DNA of 64,000 nt from positions 357,624 to 421,623 of the forward strand of contig CAWJHE010000006.1 in the NCBI GenBank assembly GCA_963842455.1, read 5' to 3'. The notes beneath the pieces are model-generated. The model was not told the origin of the DNA. It did not search any database and saw nothing but the letters and a program-made list of their open reading frames with translations. The stretch is from an uncultured Chloroflexia bacterium. Its GTDB lineage: Bacteria; Chloroflexota; Anaerolineae; Anaerolineales; UBA4823. The translations under genes and the position numbers were made by a program. This document shows, piece by piece, positions 45,926-55,346 of the stretch; the stretch's first letter is position 1, and every line of letters starts with the position of its first letter.

Positions 45926-45984
45926 TAAAGGTCGCTGTTCTGGGAATTGAAACCAGAACAAAGACATTTACTAAGGAGAAAAGT

Positions 45985-46515
45985 ATGTCAGACTTCGAAT
46001 TTTCAGAATTCACACAGGAATTGGACGAGCGTGTAGTAGATATCGCTCGTGTGGCCAAAGTTGTCAAAGGTGGTCGCCGGTTTGCTTTTCGGGTGACGGT
46101 GGTTGTTGGCGATAATCGCGGCAATGTCGGTGTAGGTATTGGAAAAGCCAATGCTGTTCCGGATGCTATGCGTAAAGCTTCAGAGAAGGCGCACAAAAGC
46201 ATGAAGAAAATATATCTTTATGGCACCACGATCCCTCATGAGGTTTTGGGGAAAGTCTCTGGTGCGAGAGTGCTTTTGAAACCGGCTTCTGCTGGTACAG
46301 GTGTTATCGCTGGCGGTGGTGTGCGTGCCGTACTTGAGGCTGTTGGCGTATCCGATATTTTGACCAAATCGTTGGGAAGCAACAATATCCTGAATGTTGT
46401 CTTGGCGACGATGGATGCTCTTGAGCAATTGAAATCGCCTCAAGAAGAAGCTGCTCGTCGTGGCAAACCAGTAAAAGAGCTTGCCCCGTTTTGGGATCGG
46501 AGGAAAGATGGTTAA
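45985..46515 (+). CDS. rpsE: 30S ribosomal protein S5
   Basis: 176 aa. [15 protein letters not shown]. Confidence 0.95.
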   Translation: MSDFEFSEFTQELDERVVDIARVAKVVKGGRRFAFRVTVVVGDNRGNVGVGIGKANAVPDAMRKASEKAHKSMKKIYLYGTTIPHEVLGKVSGARVLLKPASAGTGVIAGGGVRAVLEAVGVSDILTKSLGSNNILNVVLATMDALEQLKSPQEEAARRGKPVKELAPFWDRRKDG

Positions 46516-46720
46516 CTCCAGACCGGCCGACGGAAAAATTGTTCGGATTACATTAGTTAAGAGCCCGATTGGGTACTCTAAACGTCATAAAGCCACAATC
46601 AGGGCGTTGGGTTTACGCAAAATGCATCAAACTGTAGAACATGTTTACAACAATGTTCTCTGGGGTATGCTGGAAAAAGTCCGACACCTTGTTGAAGTGG
46701 AAGAGGACGTGGAGGCGTAG
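46508..46720 (+). CDS. rpmD: 50S ribosomal protein L30
   Basis: ATG 46508 follows ggagga. [29 protein letters not shown]. Confidence 0.85.
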   Translation: MVNSRPADGKIVRITLVKSPIGYSKRHKATIRALGLRKMHQTVEHVYNNVLWGMLEKVRHLVEVEEDVEA

Positions 46721-46725
46721 GGAAG

Positions 46726-47181
46726 ATGATGAAACTTCACGATCTAATACCGCAAGAAGGATCGAAGAAAAACCGTAAACGTGTGGGTCGCGGTATTTCG
46801 GCTGGCCAGGGTAAAACTGCCGGGCGGGGTACCAAAGGCCAGGGAGCACGAGCAGGCGGCGGCACAAGGCTATACCATCAGGGTGGGAACTTGCCCTTTT
46901 ATCGACGTTTACCATTCGTTCGTGGTAAAGGGTTCACCCCATTCAATTCGGTAGAATTTAATGAGGTAAACCTGGACCAACTGGCTGGATTTGCTGCTGG
47001 AAGCGAAGTGACGCCAGAGTCTTTGGCTGAAGCTCGTTTACTGCGCGATCGTCGGAACCCAATAGCCATATTGGGACGCGGTGAAGTAGCCGTTGCTCTT
47101 AAGTTGCAGGTGCACAGGATTACCAAGGGTGCACAGGCCAAGATCGAAGCTGCTGGCGGCAGCATCGAGATTATTGAGTAA
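46726..47181 (+). CDS. rplO: 50S ribosomal protein L15
   Basis: MKLHDL..GRGISAGQGKTAGRGTKGQ. Confidence 0.9.
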   Translation: MMKLHDLIPQEGSKKNRKRVGRGISAGQGKTAGRGTKGQGARAGGGTRLYHQGGNLPFYRRLPFVRGKGFTPFNSVEFNEVNLDQLAGFAAGSEVTPESLAEARLLRDRRNPIAILGRGEVAVALKLQVHRITKGAQAKIEAAGGSIEIIE

Positions 47182-47200
47182 GGAAAGAGGAGCCAATCAT

Positions 47201-48541
47201 ATGAAGCGGTCAGCTTGGCGCTACCTGTGGCAAGCACAAGATATTCGCCGGAAATTACTGATTACAGTCGGTCTGCTGGCGATATACCGCCTGGCAGCTC
47301 ATGTACCTGTGCCAGGCGCCAACCGCGAAGCTATTGCTCAGATTTTACAGGGCGGCGGCGCGGGGGGCAGCCTGGTAGGATTACTTGATCTGCTTTCAGG
47401 TGGAACAGTATCTAACTTTTCTGTGTTGGCGATGGGTGTTTATCCTTACATCACAGCACAGATTATCCTGCAATTGCTTGTGCCCATTATCCCGGCCCTG
47501 CAGAAACGAATGGAAGAAGATCCTCGCGAAGGCCAAAAATGGATGGAAAAGTGGACTTACATCCTCTCAGTACCCATGGCGGCTTTGCAGGCTGTTGGGC
47601 AGATTAATCTGTTCAACCAACTTTCGGGTGGGCTACCAGTGATCAATAATTTTGGTTTTACTGGCCAATTCTTGTTGCCAACCATGGCTATCATTATCAG
47701 TATGACGGCAGGCACGATGTTTGCTATCTGGTTGGGTGAGTTAATCTCAGAGTTTGGCCTGAAGAAACAGGGTCTTTCGTTGATCATTTTTGCTGGTATT
47801 GTGGCACGGGTTCCGGCTTCCTTGTTAAGCTTGATGGCTGATGAAGAAAATCGTTGGATACTTTTAGCGCTAACGATCATCTTCACAACAGCCACAATCT
47901 TTGCCATCGTGTTTGTTCAACAGGGTCGGCGCAATGTCCCCGTGCTCTACCCAGGACGAAGGGTGGGCAACCGCATGTCCATGCCGGTTAAGGGTACTTT
48001 GCCCTTGATGGTTAACATGGCTGGCATGATCCCGTTGATCTTTGCCCAGGCATTGTTGACTTTCCCGGCAATCATTGCCAGCTTTTTCGCCAATTCAGGT
48101 ACGGAATGGGTCCGCAATACGGCCAATTCTGTGACTAACCTGTTTGGCGGAACCAGTAACTTTTACTGGATTATGTACTTTTTGATGGTGGTAGGTTTCA
48201 CCTTCTTCTATGCCAATGTGTTGTTTACTCAACAGAACTACGGCGAGAATTTGAAGCGCATTGGAGCGCAAATTCCGGGTGTCAGTCGTGGTGCACCAAC
48301 CCAACGGTATTTGAATCGCGTGTTAAGCCGGATTACTTTGCCGGGTGCTCTCTTCCTGGGTTTGGTAGCTATTTTGCCATGGTTGCTGGGATTAATCATC
48401 CCATTGGGGAATAGTGGAAGTTTACTCTTGGTACAGTCAGCCGGTCTTCTGATCGTTGTTGGTGTAGTCCGGGATGCCTTCTTCAATATCGAAGCTGAAT
48501 TGAAGTTGCATGGTTATGAGGATTCGTTGTTGGTGCGCTAA
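47201..48541 (+). CDS. secY: preprotein translocase subunit SecY
   Basis: ATG 47201 follows aggag. 10-TM SecY-like sequence. Confidence 0.9.
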   Translation: MKRSAWRYLWQAQDIRRKLLITVGLLAIYRLAAHVPVPGANREAIAQILQGGGAGGSLVGLLDLLSGGTVSNFSVLAMGVYPYITAQIILQLLVPIIPALQKRMEEDPREGQKWMEKWTYILSVPMAALQAVGQINLFNQLSGGLPVINNFGFTGQFLLPTMAIIISMTAGTMFAIWLGELISEFGLKKQGLSLIIFAGIVARVPASLLSLMADEENRWILLALTIIFTTATIFAIVFVQQGRRNVPVLYPGRRVGNRMSMPVKGTLPLMVNMAGMIPLIFAQALLTFPAIIASFFANSGTEWVRNTANSVTNLFGGTSNFYWIMYFLMVVGFTFFYANVLFTQQNYGENLKRIGAQIPGVSRGAPTQRYLNRVLSRITLPGALFLGLVAILPWLLGLIIPLGNSGSLLLVQSAGLLIVVGVVRDAFFNIEAELKLHGYEDSLLVR

Positions 48542-48563
48542 CCAGATTAATCAGGAATAGCAT

Positions 48564-49223
48564 ATGGCAACTTTCTACGTACTACTTGGACCGCCTGGTG
48601 CTGGAAAAGGCACCCAAGCGCAGATTGTTTCGGAAACACTGGGCATAACGCATGTCTCTTCCGGAGATATTTTCCGGGAAAACTTGAAAAACCAGACGGA
48701 GCTTGGGCAGAAGGTTAAAGGCTTTATTGATCGTGGAGAACTGGTACCAGATGATCTGACAATCTCCATGGTTCGAGATCGGCTTCTGAAACCTGATTGC
48801 AGGCTAGGTGCTTTGCTCGACGGTTTTCCACGCACTCCCGCTCAGGCTGAAGCACTGCAAGAGATGCTGACAGGGATAGGTGCAGAATTAAAAGCCGTCC
48901 CTTATATCAAAGTAGACGCAGAAGTTTTGGTTGAGCGTTTGAGCGGAAGATGGACTTGCAGGGCGCAGGGTCATGTGTTTCATGAAAAGTACAAACCACC
49001 TGAGACACCTGGCGTCTGCGATTTTGATGGCTCTGAACTTTACCAACGTGAAGATGATGAGGCTGAGACCGTTAAAAATAGAATCCAGGTTTACTTCAAA
49101 CAGACTATGCCGCTGATCGAGTATTACCGGCAAGCTGGAACTTTGGTTGAAATAAATGGCGACCAACCGATTGAGCAAGTGTCCCAAGAGATCTTGGGAT
49201 CGTTGAAAAAGGAATCAAATTAA
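48564..49223 (+). CDS. adk: adenylate kinase
   Basis: GPPGAGKGTQ P-loop. Long lid variant. Confidence 0.95.
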   Translation: MATFYVLLGPPGAGKGTQAQIVSETLGITHVSSGDIFRENLKNQTELGQKVKGFIDRGELVPDDLTISMVRDRLLKPDCRLGALLDGFPRTPAQAEALQEMLTGIGAELKAVPYIKVDAEVLVERLSGRWTCRAQGHVFHEKYKPPETPGVCDFDGSELYQREDDEAETVKNRIQVYFKQTMPLIEYYRQAGTLVEINGDQPIEQVSQEILGSLKKESN

Positions 49224-49225
49224 GA

Positions 49226-49996
49226 ATGTCTTGGGATCATGGTGTTATCATCAAAAATGCGGTCGAGCTGGCTCTGATGCGGGAAGCTGGTCGTGTCAAC
49301 GCGTTAGCTTTGGCGACAGTGCGAGAGATGGTAAGGCCTGGAATCAGTACTGCTGAATTGGATGCGGCGGCAGAGGAAGTGATACGGAAGCACGGTGGTA
49401 TACCGGTTTTTAAAGGTTACCCTGGAGCTTATCCATATCCAGCAACCTTGACCATCAGCATTAATGAGGAATTGGTACATGGTATTCCCAGCAAACGCAA
49501 GCTAAAAGAAGGCGATATTGTCTCGATAGATTGTGGGACTTCGCTTGAAGGTTTTGTAGGTGATTCGGCATTTTCGATGGGTGTCGGTGAGATATCAGCA
49601 GAAGCCAAACGGCTTTTAGAAATCACCGAACAAGCCCTTAATGTTGGAATCGAGAAAATGCGTAAAGGAAACCGGACCGGTGATGTCTCGTCGGCGATCC
49701 AGAAATTTGTGGAAAGTCACAGTTTGCATGTTACCAGAGAATATACGGGTCATGGTGTCGGCAGAGATATGCATGAAGGCCCCCAGGTTCCAAACTATGG
49801 AACTCCTGGTCGTGGCATGGAGCTTCGTCCTGGGATCACGATTGCAATCGAGCCAATGGTTTTGATCGGAACGCCGCGCACCCGCGTGAAACCTGATCAA
49901 TGGACAGTTGTGTCAGCTGATGGTTCACTGACGGCCCACTATGAACATACAGTGGCCGTCACAGAAAGTGATCCATTGATTTTGACTTTACCGTAG
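49226..49996 (+). CDS. map: type I methionine aminopeptidase
   Basis: 256 aa with MetAP metal-ligand context (DIVSIDCG, HGVG, IEPM). Confidence 0.9.
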   Translation: MSWDHGVIIKNAVELALMREAGRVNALALATVREMVRPGISTAELDAAAEEVIRKHGGIPVFKGYPGAYPYPATLTISINEELVHGIPSKRKLKEGDIVSIDCGTSLEGFVGDSAFSMGVGEISAEAKRLLEITEQALNVGIEKMRKGNRTGDVSSAIQKFVESHSLHVTREYTGHGVGRDMHEGPQVPNYGTPGRGMELRPGITIAIEPMVLIGTPRTRVKPDQWTVVSADGSLTAHYEHTVAVTESDPLILTLP

Positions 49997-50134
49997 CAAA
50001 ATGTGGAAAATTGCTGAAAATTAGACTGGACGAAATACAAACTCGCTAGTATAATTGAGACTTTGGCTGGCTAGAATCTGGATGTCGGGATGGCGCTGAC
50101 AGAAAGATGAGCCGCCTACAAGGAGAAAGTGGTC

Positions 50135-50248
50135 ATGAAAGTAACTGCATCGATTAAGAAGCGCTGTGCAAATTGTAAGATTGTAAAACGGCGAGGCATT
50201 TTGTACGTAATTTGTGAAAACCCAAAACATAAGCAGAGACAAGGGTAG
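50135..50248 (+). CDS. rpmJ: 50S ribosomal protein L36
   Basis: Own translation [40 protein letters not shown] aaggag. Below the ORF-track length cutoff. Confidence 0.9.
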   Translation: MKVTASIKKRCANCKIVKRRGILYVICENPKHKQRQG

Positions 50249-50254
50249 GCAATT

Positions 50255-50641
50255 ATGGCACGTATTGAAGGTGTTGATTTACCGCGAAATAAGCGGATTG
50301 AAATTGGTTTGACCTATATCTACGGGATCGGTTTGCCGCATGCACACAATGTGCTGGCAGCCACAAAAGTCAATCCCGACACTCGGGTGAAAGACTTGAC
50401 CGATGCTGAAGTAAACGCATTGCGCGATTACATCGTCCAAAATTTTAAAGTAGAGGGCGATTTGCGTCGTGAGGTTCAGCTAAACATCAAACGCTTGATT
50501 GAAATCGGTAGTTACCGTGGTTTACGCCATCGGAGAAATTTACCGGTCCGTGGGCAGCGTACTCGTACTAATGCGCGCACTTGCAAAGGTCCCAAGAAGA
50601 CTGTTGCAGGTCGTGGGCGCCGCCGCGGTGGAAAGAAATAA
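50255..50641 (+). CDS. rpsM: 30S ribosomal protein S13
   Basis: [14 protein letters not shown]. Confidence 0.95.
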   Translation: MARIEGVDLPRNKRIEIGLTYIYGIGLPHAHNVLAATKVNPDTRVKDLTDAEVNALRDYIVQNFKVEGDLRREVQLNIKRLIEIGSYRGLRHRRNLPVRGQRTRTNARTCKGPKKTVAGRGRRRGGKK

Positions 50642-50818
50642 GTTTATTTTCTAGGCCGCTGGTTCAGATGGTTCTGGATTGGCGATGTGTTCAGACATTT
50701 TTCTTTGTTTAGATTGGGTACCTTCCTCCCAGCGGCTATCTGAACAAGTGAAATATGCAGAACATGTTTTATGAGTAAGTGGTCAGTTAGCAACGAAAGA
50801 TAATTGCAGAGAGGTGCT

Positions 50819-51223
50819 ATGGCTCAAAGTGTTCGATCGACACGCCGAAAGGGCGGTGCAAAAAAGACAAAAAGGATGCTGTCTTCGGGACAGGTCCATG
50901 TAAATGCCACATTTAACAACACAATTGTGACAGTTACAGATCCTCAAGGCAATACCATTGCTTGGGGTAGTGCAGGTTCTGCGGGCTTCAAGGGCTCGCG
51001 GAAAAGTACACCATTTGCAGCCAGATTGGCAGCTGAACAAGCTATCAAAGCTGCAGTGGCTATGGGAATTCAAGAAGTGGAATTATTTGTCAAAGGTCCT
51101 GGCCCTGGCCGTGAATCGGCTATCCGAGCAGTACAAACTTTGGGTCTGAAAGTGACCGCCATTTTTGATATTACACCGGTTCCGCACAACGGATGCCGGC
51201 CACCCAAGAAACGCCGCGTATAA
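50819..51223 (+). CDS. rpsK: 30S ribosomal protein S11
   Basis: ATG 50819 follows gagagg. [20 protein letters not shown]. Confidence 0.9.
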   Translation: MAQSVRSTRRKGGAKKTKRMLSSGQVHVNATFNNTIVTVTDPQGNTIAWGSAGSAGFKGSRKSTPFAARLAAEQAIKAAVAMGIQEVELFVKGPGPGRESAIRAVQTLGLKVTAIFDITPVPHNGCRPPKKRRV

Positions 51224-51253
51224 ATTTTTAAGGAAGGACAAGGTAGAAATCAT

Positions 51254-51892
51254 ATGGCTAAGTATCGTGGGCCAGTATGCAAATTGTGCCGGCGCGAAGG
51301 TGAAAAGCTGTTCCTAAAAGGGGAGCGTTGTTTTACACCTAAGTGCTCGTTTGAACGTCGAGGTTACGCTCCGGGTCAGCATGGGAAGAGTTCCCAGTTC
51401 CGTCGCCGGCGCGAATCAGACTATAACCGCCAGTTACGTGCCAAGCAAAAAGCTCGTCGCGTGTATGGTGTGTTGGAACGACAATTCCATCGCTACTACA
51501 CAGTTGCGTTGGGTCGTCGTGGTTTGACCGGTCTCAACCTGCTACAAATTTTGGAAACCAGGTTGGACAATGTGATCTACAGATTGGGTTACGCAGATAG
51601 CCGGGCGCAAGCACGAGTCCTGGTTACTCACGGACATTTTTCCGTGAATGGTCGGCGAACGGATATCCCATCCATGTTGGTCTCAGCAGGCGATGTAGTT
51701 GAGGTTCGCGAAGGCTCGCGCAAGCGAACATTCTTCAAAGACCTGGCAGCCTTTGCTGAAGATAAGAACGTCCCAGTCTGGTTAGGGCGCGATCTCAAAG
51801 GCCTTTCAGGGACGATGATCCGTCTTCCTGAAAGATCTGAGGTTGACAGTAATTTGAACGAACAATTAATCGTTGAGTACTACTCACGATAA
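51254..51892 (+). CDS. rpsD: 30S ribosomal protein S4
   Basis: [16 protein letters not shown]. Confidence 0.95.
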   Translation: MAKYRGPVCKLCRREGEKLFLKGERCFTPKCSFERRGYAPGQHGKSSQFRRRRESDYNRQLRAKQKARRVYGVLERQFHRYYTVALGRRGLTGLNLLQILETRLDNVIYRLGYADSRAQARVLVTHGHFSVNGRRTDIPSMLVSAGDVVEVREGSRKRTFFKDLAAFAEDKNVPVWLGRDLKGLSGTMIRLPERSEVDSNLNEQLIVEYYSR

Positions 51893-51982
51893 GACCTAAA
51901 CTGGTTGGCAGCCTTGCATGCCGGGAGTAAATCAACCCGGGGCAAGGCTGACAGCCTTAGTATTTTGGGGACGAGGTGAACC

Positions 51983-52954
51983 GTGATCGGTTTGAGTAAT
52001 ATGGTAACGCCGAAGATAGAGCGTGACGCTGAAGCTCGAAATTACGGCAAGTTTGTCATCAGCCCGCTGGAGCGTGGTTATGGTATCACGCTAGGTAATG
52101 CCCTTCGCCGGGTATTGTTGTCCTCCCTAGAGGGCGCGGCGGTCACCTCCATTCGCATAGCTGATGTTCAGCATGAGTTCAGCGACATTCCTGGTGTGCG
52201 TGAAGATGTGATCCGGGTCATGCTGCAGATCAAGCAATTGCGAATGAAATTATTTGATGTAGACAACGCTCGTTTGCACCTGGAAGTACGGGGCAGCGGT
52301 GTTGTAACAGCAGGTGACATCATCACGCCACCGGAAGTTGAGATTATGAATCCTGATTTATATCTCTTCACCGTGGATGATAGCGATGCTCATCTGGAAA
52401 TCGAATTAACCGTTGAACGCGGTCGAGGTTACTCACCGGCAGATGACCGTCTGGGTCGTCTACCCATTGGGGAATTACCGGTTGATGCAATTTATAGTCC
52501 TGTACGCAGGGTGAACTGGGATGTTGCCAGCGCACGTGTGTTACAGAGTACAAATTTTGATAAATTAGTTCTAGAAATTTGGACTGACGGCACCGTTGGT
52601 CCAGAGGATGCCTTGAGCACCAGCGCAAAGATTATTATCGATCACTTGCGCTACATTGCTGGTGTCAGCGAGGAATCGCTGGCAGCAATAGCTCTCGAAG
52701 AAGTGGAGAGCAGCCGGTTAACCAGCGAAATGATTGAGACTCCGATTGAGAATCTTGATCTTTCGGTGCGGGTGTTCAATTCTTTGAAACGGACAGGTAT
52801 AACCACGGTTGGTGAAGTGCTCGAGCTGTTAGAAAAGGGCGATGAAGCGGTTATGTCTATCCGGAACTTTGGTGAGAAAAGCCTGGACGAGCTTCGTCAG
52901 AAGATGCGCGAGAAGGGCTATCTTAAAGATGGAAATGAAAACGAAGCGGAGTAG
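51983..52954 (+). CDS. rpoA: DNA-directed RNA polymerase subunit alpha
   Basis: YGKFVISPLERGYGITLGNALRR. The start is either GTG 51983 or ATG 52001. Confidence 0.9.
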   Translation: MIGLSNMVTPKIERDAEARNYGKFVISPLERGYGITLGNALRRVLLSSLEGAAVTSIRIADVQHEFSDIPGVREDVIRVMLQIKQLRMKLFDVDNARLHLEVRGSGVVTAGDIITPPEVEIMNPDLYLFTVDDSDAHLEIELTVERGRGYSPADDRLGRLPIGELPVDAIYSPVRRVNWDVASARVLQSTNFDKLVLEIWTDGTVGPEDALSTSAKIIIDHLRYIAGVSEESLAAIALEEVESSRLTSEMIETPIENLDLSVRVFNSLKRTGITTVGEVLELLEKGDEAVMSIRNFGEKSLDELRQKMREKGYLKDGNENEAE

Positions 52955-52960
52955 TTAGCG

Positions 52961-53338
52961 ATGCGACATAGAGTAGCTGGACACAAATTGAGCCGAGGTA
53001 AGGATGAACGAACGGCCCTTCGGCGAAACCTGGTCAAGCAATTGTTTGAGCACGAGCGCATTCGTACTACCAGCGCTAAGGCGCAGGCAGTACGCGGGCA
53101 GGCTGAACGCCTGATTACCCTGGCAAAAAATGGCAACAAAGCTGGCGACGAGAAGATGGTACATGCTCGCCGCCTGGCAGCTGCACGTTTAAGCGATGCT
53201 GGTGCAGTCAAGAAATTGTTTGAGGATATTGCGCCGCGGTTCGTGGATCGTCCAGGTGGCTATACTCGGATTGTCAAACTGGGTTTACGACAGGGCGATG
53301 CAGCTGAGATGGTCATTCTGGAGTTAGTTGAAGGTTAG
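52961..53338 (+). CDS. rplQ: 50S ribosomal protein L17
   Basis: MRHRVAGHKLSR. Confidence 0.95.
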   Translation: MRHRVAGHKLSRGKDERTALRRNLVKQLFEHERIRTTSAKAQAVRGQAERLITLAKNGNKAGDEKMVHARRLAAARLSDAGAVKKLFEDIAPRFVDRPGGYTRIVKLGLRQGDAAEMVILELVEG

Positions 53339-53367
53339 TCGATAGCGAGTAGCTTTGCTCGCCTATC

Positions 53368-54129
53368 ATGGCACGTTACCAGGTAATTCTTAAATACGAC
53401 GGAACCGAGTACTTCGGGTTTCAACGGCAGGCTGAGGACCGAACACAGAAGACTGTACAATCTGTTGTTGAAACTGCACTCAAACGCATTGGTTGGCAGG
53501 GTAGTTCTATCCTGGCAGCTGGTCGCACCGATACAGGTGTACATGCAAAAGGGCAAGTCATTGCTTTCGATCTTGATTGGAGACACACTCCTCAAGACTT
53601 AATGGCTGCTATGAATGCAAATTTACCATCGGATGTGGCAACCAGTTGTGTGAACCTCGTTCACAACAGTTTCCATCCTCGCTTTGATGCAATAAGCCGA
53701 ACTTACCAGTACCGGATTATTTGCCAGCCTACTCGCGATCCTTTGAGAGAGCGTTACGCCTGGAGAGTGTTTCCGGTTTTGGAATTCGAAGTTTTACAGC
53801 AATGTGCTGAACACTTGATTGGATTTCATGATTTTGCTGCCTTTGGAACCCCGCCCCGGACCGGAGGCGCAACCATCCGGCAAGTGTTTCACAGTCATTG
53901 GCTATATCGGAATGACGAATTGGTGTTCGAAATCCAGGCAAATGCCTTCCTGTACCACATGGTGAGGCGGCTGGTTGGCTTTCAGGTTAGTATCGGTCAG
54001 GGAAGGCATAGCTTGCAGGATTTAGCATCCAGGCTCTCATCCGGTCATCATGACCTGGTTAAGGAACTGGCGCCTCCACAAGGGTTGAGCCTGATCGAGG
54101 TGGAATACCCGGAACGTGTCGTAGATTGA
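53368..54129 (+). CDS. truA: tRNA pseudouridine(38-40) synthase TruA
   Basis: YDGTEYFGFQRQ, AGRTDTGVHA. Confidence 0.9.
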   Translation: MARYQVILKYDGTEYFGFQRQAEDRTQKTVQSVVETALKRIGWQGSSILAAGRTDTGVHAKGQVIAFDLDWRHTPQDLMAAMNANLPSDVATSCVNLVHNSFHPRFDAISRTYQYRIICQPTRDPLRERYAWRVFPVLEFEVLQQCAEHLIGFHDFAAFGTPPRTGGATIRQVFHSHWLYRNDELVFEIQANAFLYHMVRRLVGFQVSIGQGRHSLQDLASRLSSGHHDLVKELAPPQGLSLIEVEYPERVVD

Positions 54130-54195
54130 ATTGCTTGAAGCCATTCAAATATATTTTTAAGTAGCGGTGGTTGGCATATTTATTGCCCCTCGCTG

Positions 54196-54654
54196 ATGAG
54201 CGGAGAGATAAGCGTGGATAAAACATACGTACCTAAAGCAGCTGAGATATCCCATGATTGGATCCTGGTTGATGCCAATGATCAAAACTTGGGCCGTCTG
54301 GCCACACAAATTGCCAGTTTTCTTTTGGGGAAGCATAAACCCAATTTCACTCCTGGCATGGAGACGGGCGATTTTGTGGTGGTAGTTAATTGCGAACGAG
54401 TGCGCGTGACGGGCAATAAAATGGAAGAAAAGTTTTATTACCGTTACTCCGGGTATCCCAGCGGGCTGAAGCAAATTAGCTTGCGGGATCAACTGCGCCG
54501 TTTCCCTGAAAGGGTGATTCGAGGTGCAGTCTGGGGCATGTTGCCGCACAACAAGTTCGGGCGGAAGATTATAAAGAATCTAAAAATTTATGCTGGGCCG
54601 GACCATCCCCACGAGGCGCAGCAACCTAAACCGTGGGTGTTAGGTAAGGAGTAA
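54196..54654 (+). CDS. rplM: 50S ribosomal protein L13
   Basis: WILVDANDQNLGRLATQIA. The exact start is uncertain (ATG 54196 or GTG 54214). Confidence 0.9.
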   Translation: MSGEISVDKTYVPKAAEISHDWILVDANDQNLGRLATQIASFLLGKHKPNFTPGMETGDFVVVVNCERVRVTGNKMEEKFYYRYSGYPSGLKQISLRDQLRRFPERVIRGAVWGMLPHNKFGRKIIKNLKIYAGPDHPHEAQQPKPWVLGKE

Positions 54655-54655
54655 G

Positions 54656-55054
54656 ATGATGGCAGTTCAATATTACGAAGGCGTTGGTCGTCGCAAAGAA
54701 AGTACCGCCCGTGTGCGTGTAATGAATGGTTCTGGCAAGTTTATTGTCAACGAAAAGCCAGCTGAAGTCTATTTCCCGCGCATTGGTGATATGGAGAGTA
54801 TCTTGGCACCTTTGGCTACCGCTGGTGAGAACCACCAGCAATTAGACATCACTGTTGTTGTCAGAGGTGGCGGTGTTTCTGGCCAGACCGATGCAGTGCG
54901 CCTGGGTGTGGCACGCGCGTTAATCAAAATGAACCCTGATCTTCAACCGGCATTACGCAAAGGTGGTTTCTTAACCCGAGATGCTCGCATTAAGGAACGC
55001 AAGAAACCAGGTCTGAAGCGCGCCCGCAAAGCCCCGACCTATACAAAACGTTAG
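54656..55054 (+). CDS. rpsI: 30S ribosomal protein S9
   Basis: GVGRRKESTARV...KKPGLKRARKAPTYTKR. Confidence 0.95.
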   Translation: MMAVQYYEGVGRRKESTARVRVMNGSGKFIVNEKPAEVYFPRIGDMESILAPLATAGENHQQLDITVVVRGGGVSGQTDAVRLGVARALIKMNPDLQPALRKGGFLTRDARIKERKKPGLKRARKAPTYTKR

Positions 55055-55075
55055 TTTTTTACCAGTTTTTCATGC

Positions 55076-55140
55076 GTAATGCGTATGGCAACTGCGTTTT
55101 CTGAAAAGAAAGACGCAATTGCCAACGCATTACTTTTTGT
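55076..55140 (+). terminator. Strong intrinsic terminator after rpsI
   Basis: gtaatgcgtatggcaactgcgt pairs with acgcaattgccaacgcattac (20 bp with one bulge and one mismatch), followed by tttttgtttt. Confidence 0.8.
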
Positions 55141-55167
55141 TTTAAGGTTATTTATTTACGATATTCA

Positions 55168-55275
55168 CGGTAAAGCTCTGCACACTTCGTGGGTCATGCA
55201 AAATGAACTAAGTACAAGAATGTAAAAAAAGAAATGTACTGCGCATTCTGCGACTCTGCGAGATATCAAAAAAAT
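55168..55275 (-). repeat. Dispersed intergenic repeat, copy F (inverted orientation)
   Basis: Reverse complement reads tttttttgatatctcgcagagtcgcagaatgcgcag...gttcattttgcatgacccacgaagtgtgcagagc. Confidence 0.75.
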
Positions 55276-55346
55276 TGAGGAGTTTGTGCTTCACCCACTA
55301 GGTAAGTATTCAATCATTTCAACCGATCGGTAAATGGGGAGTTTTT

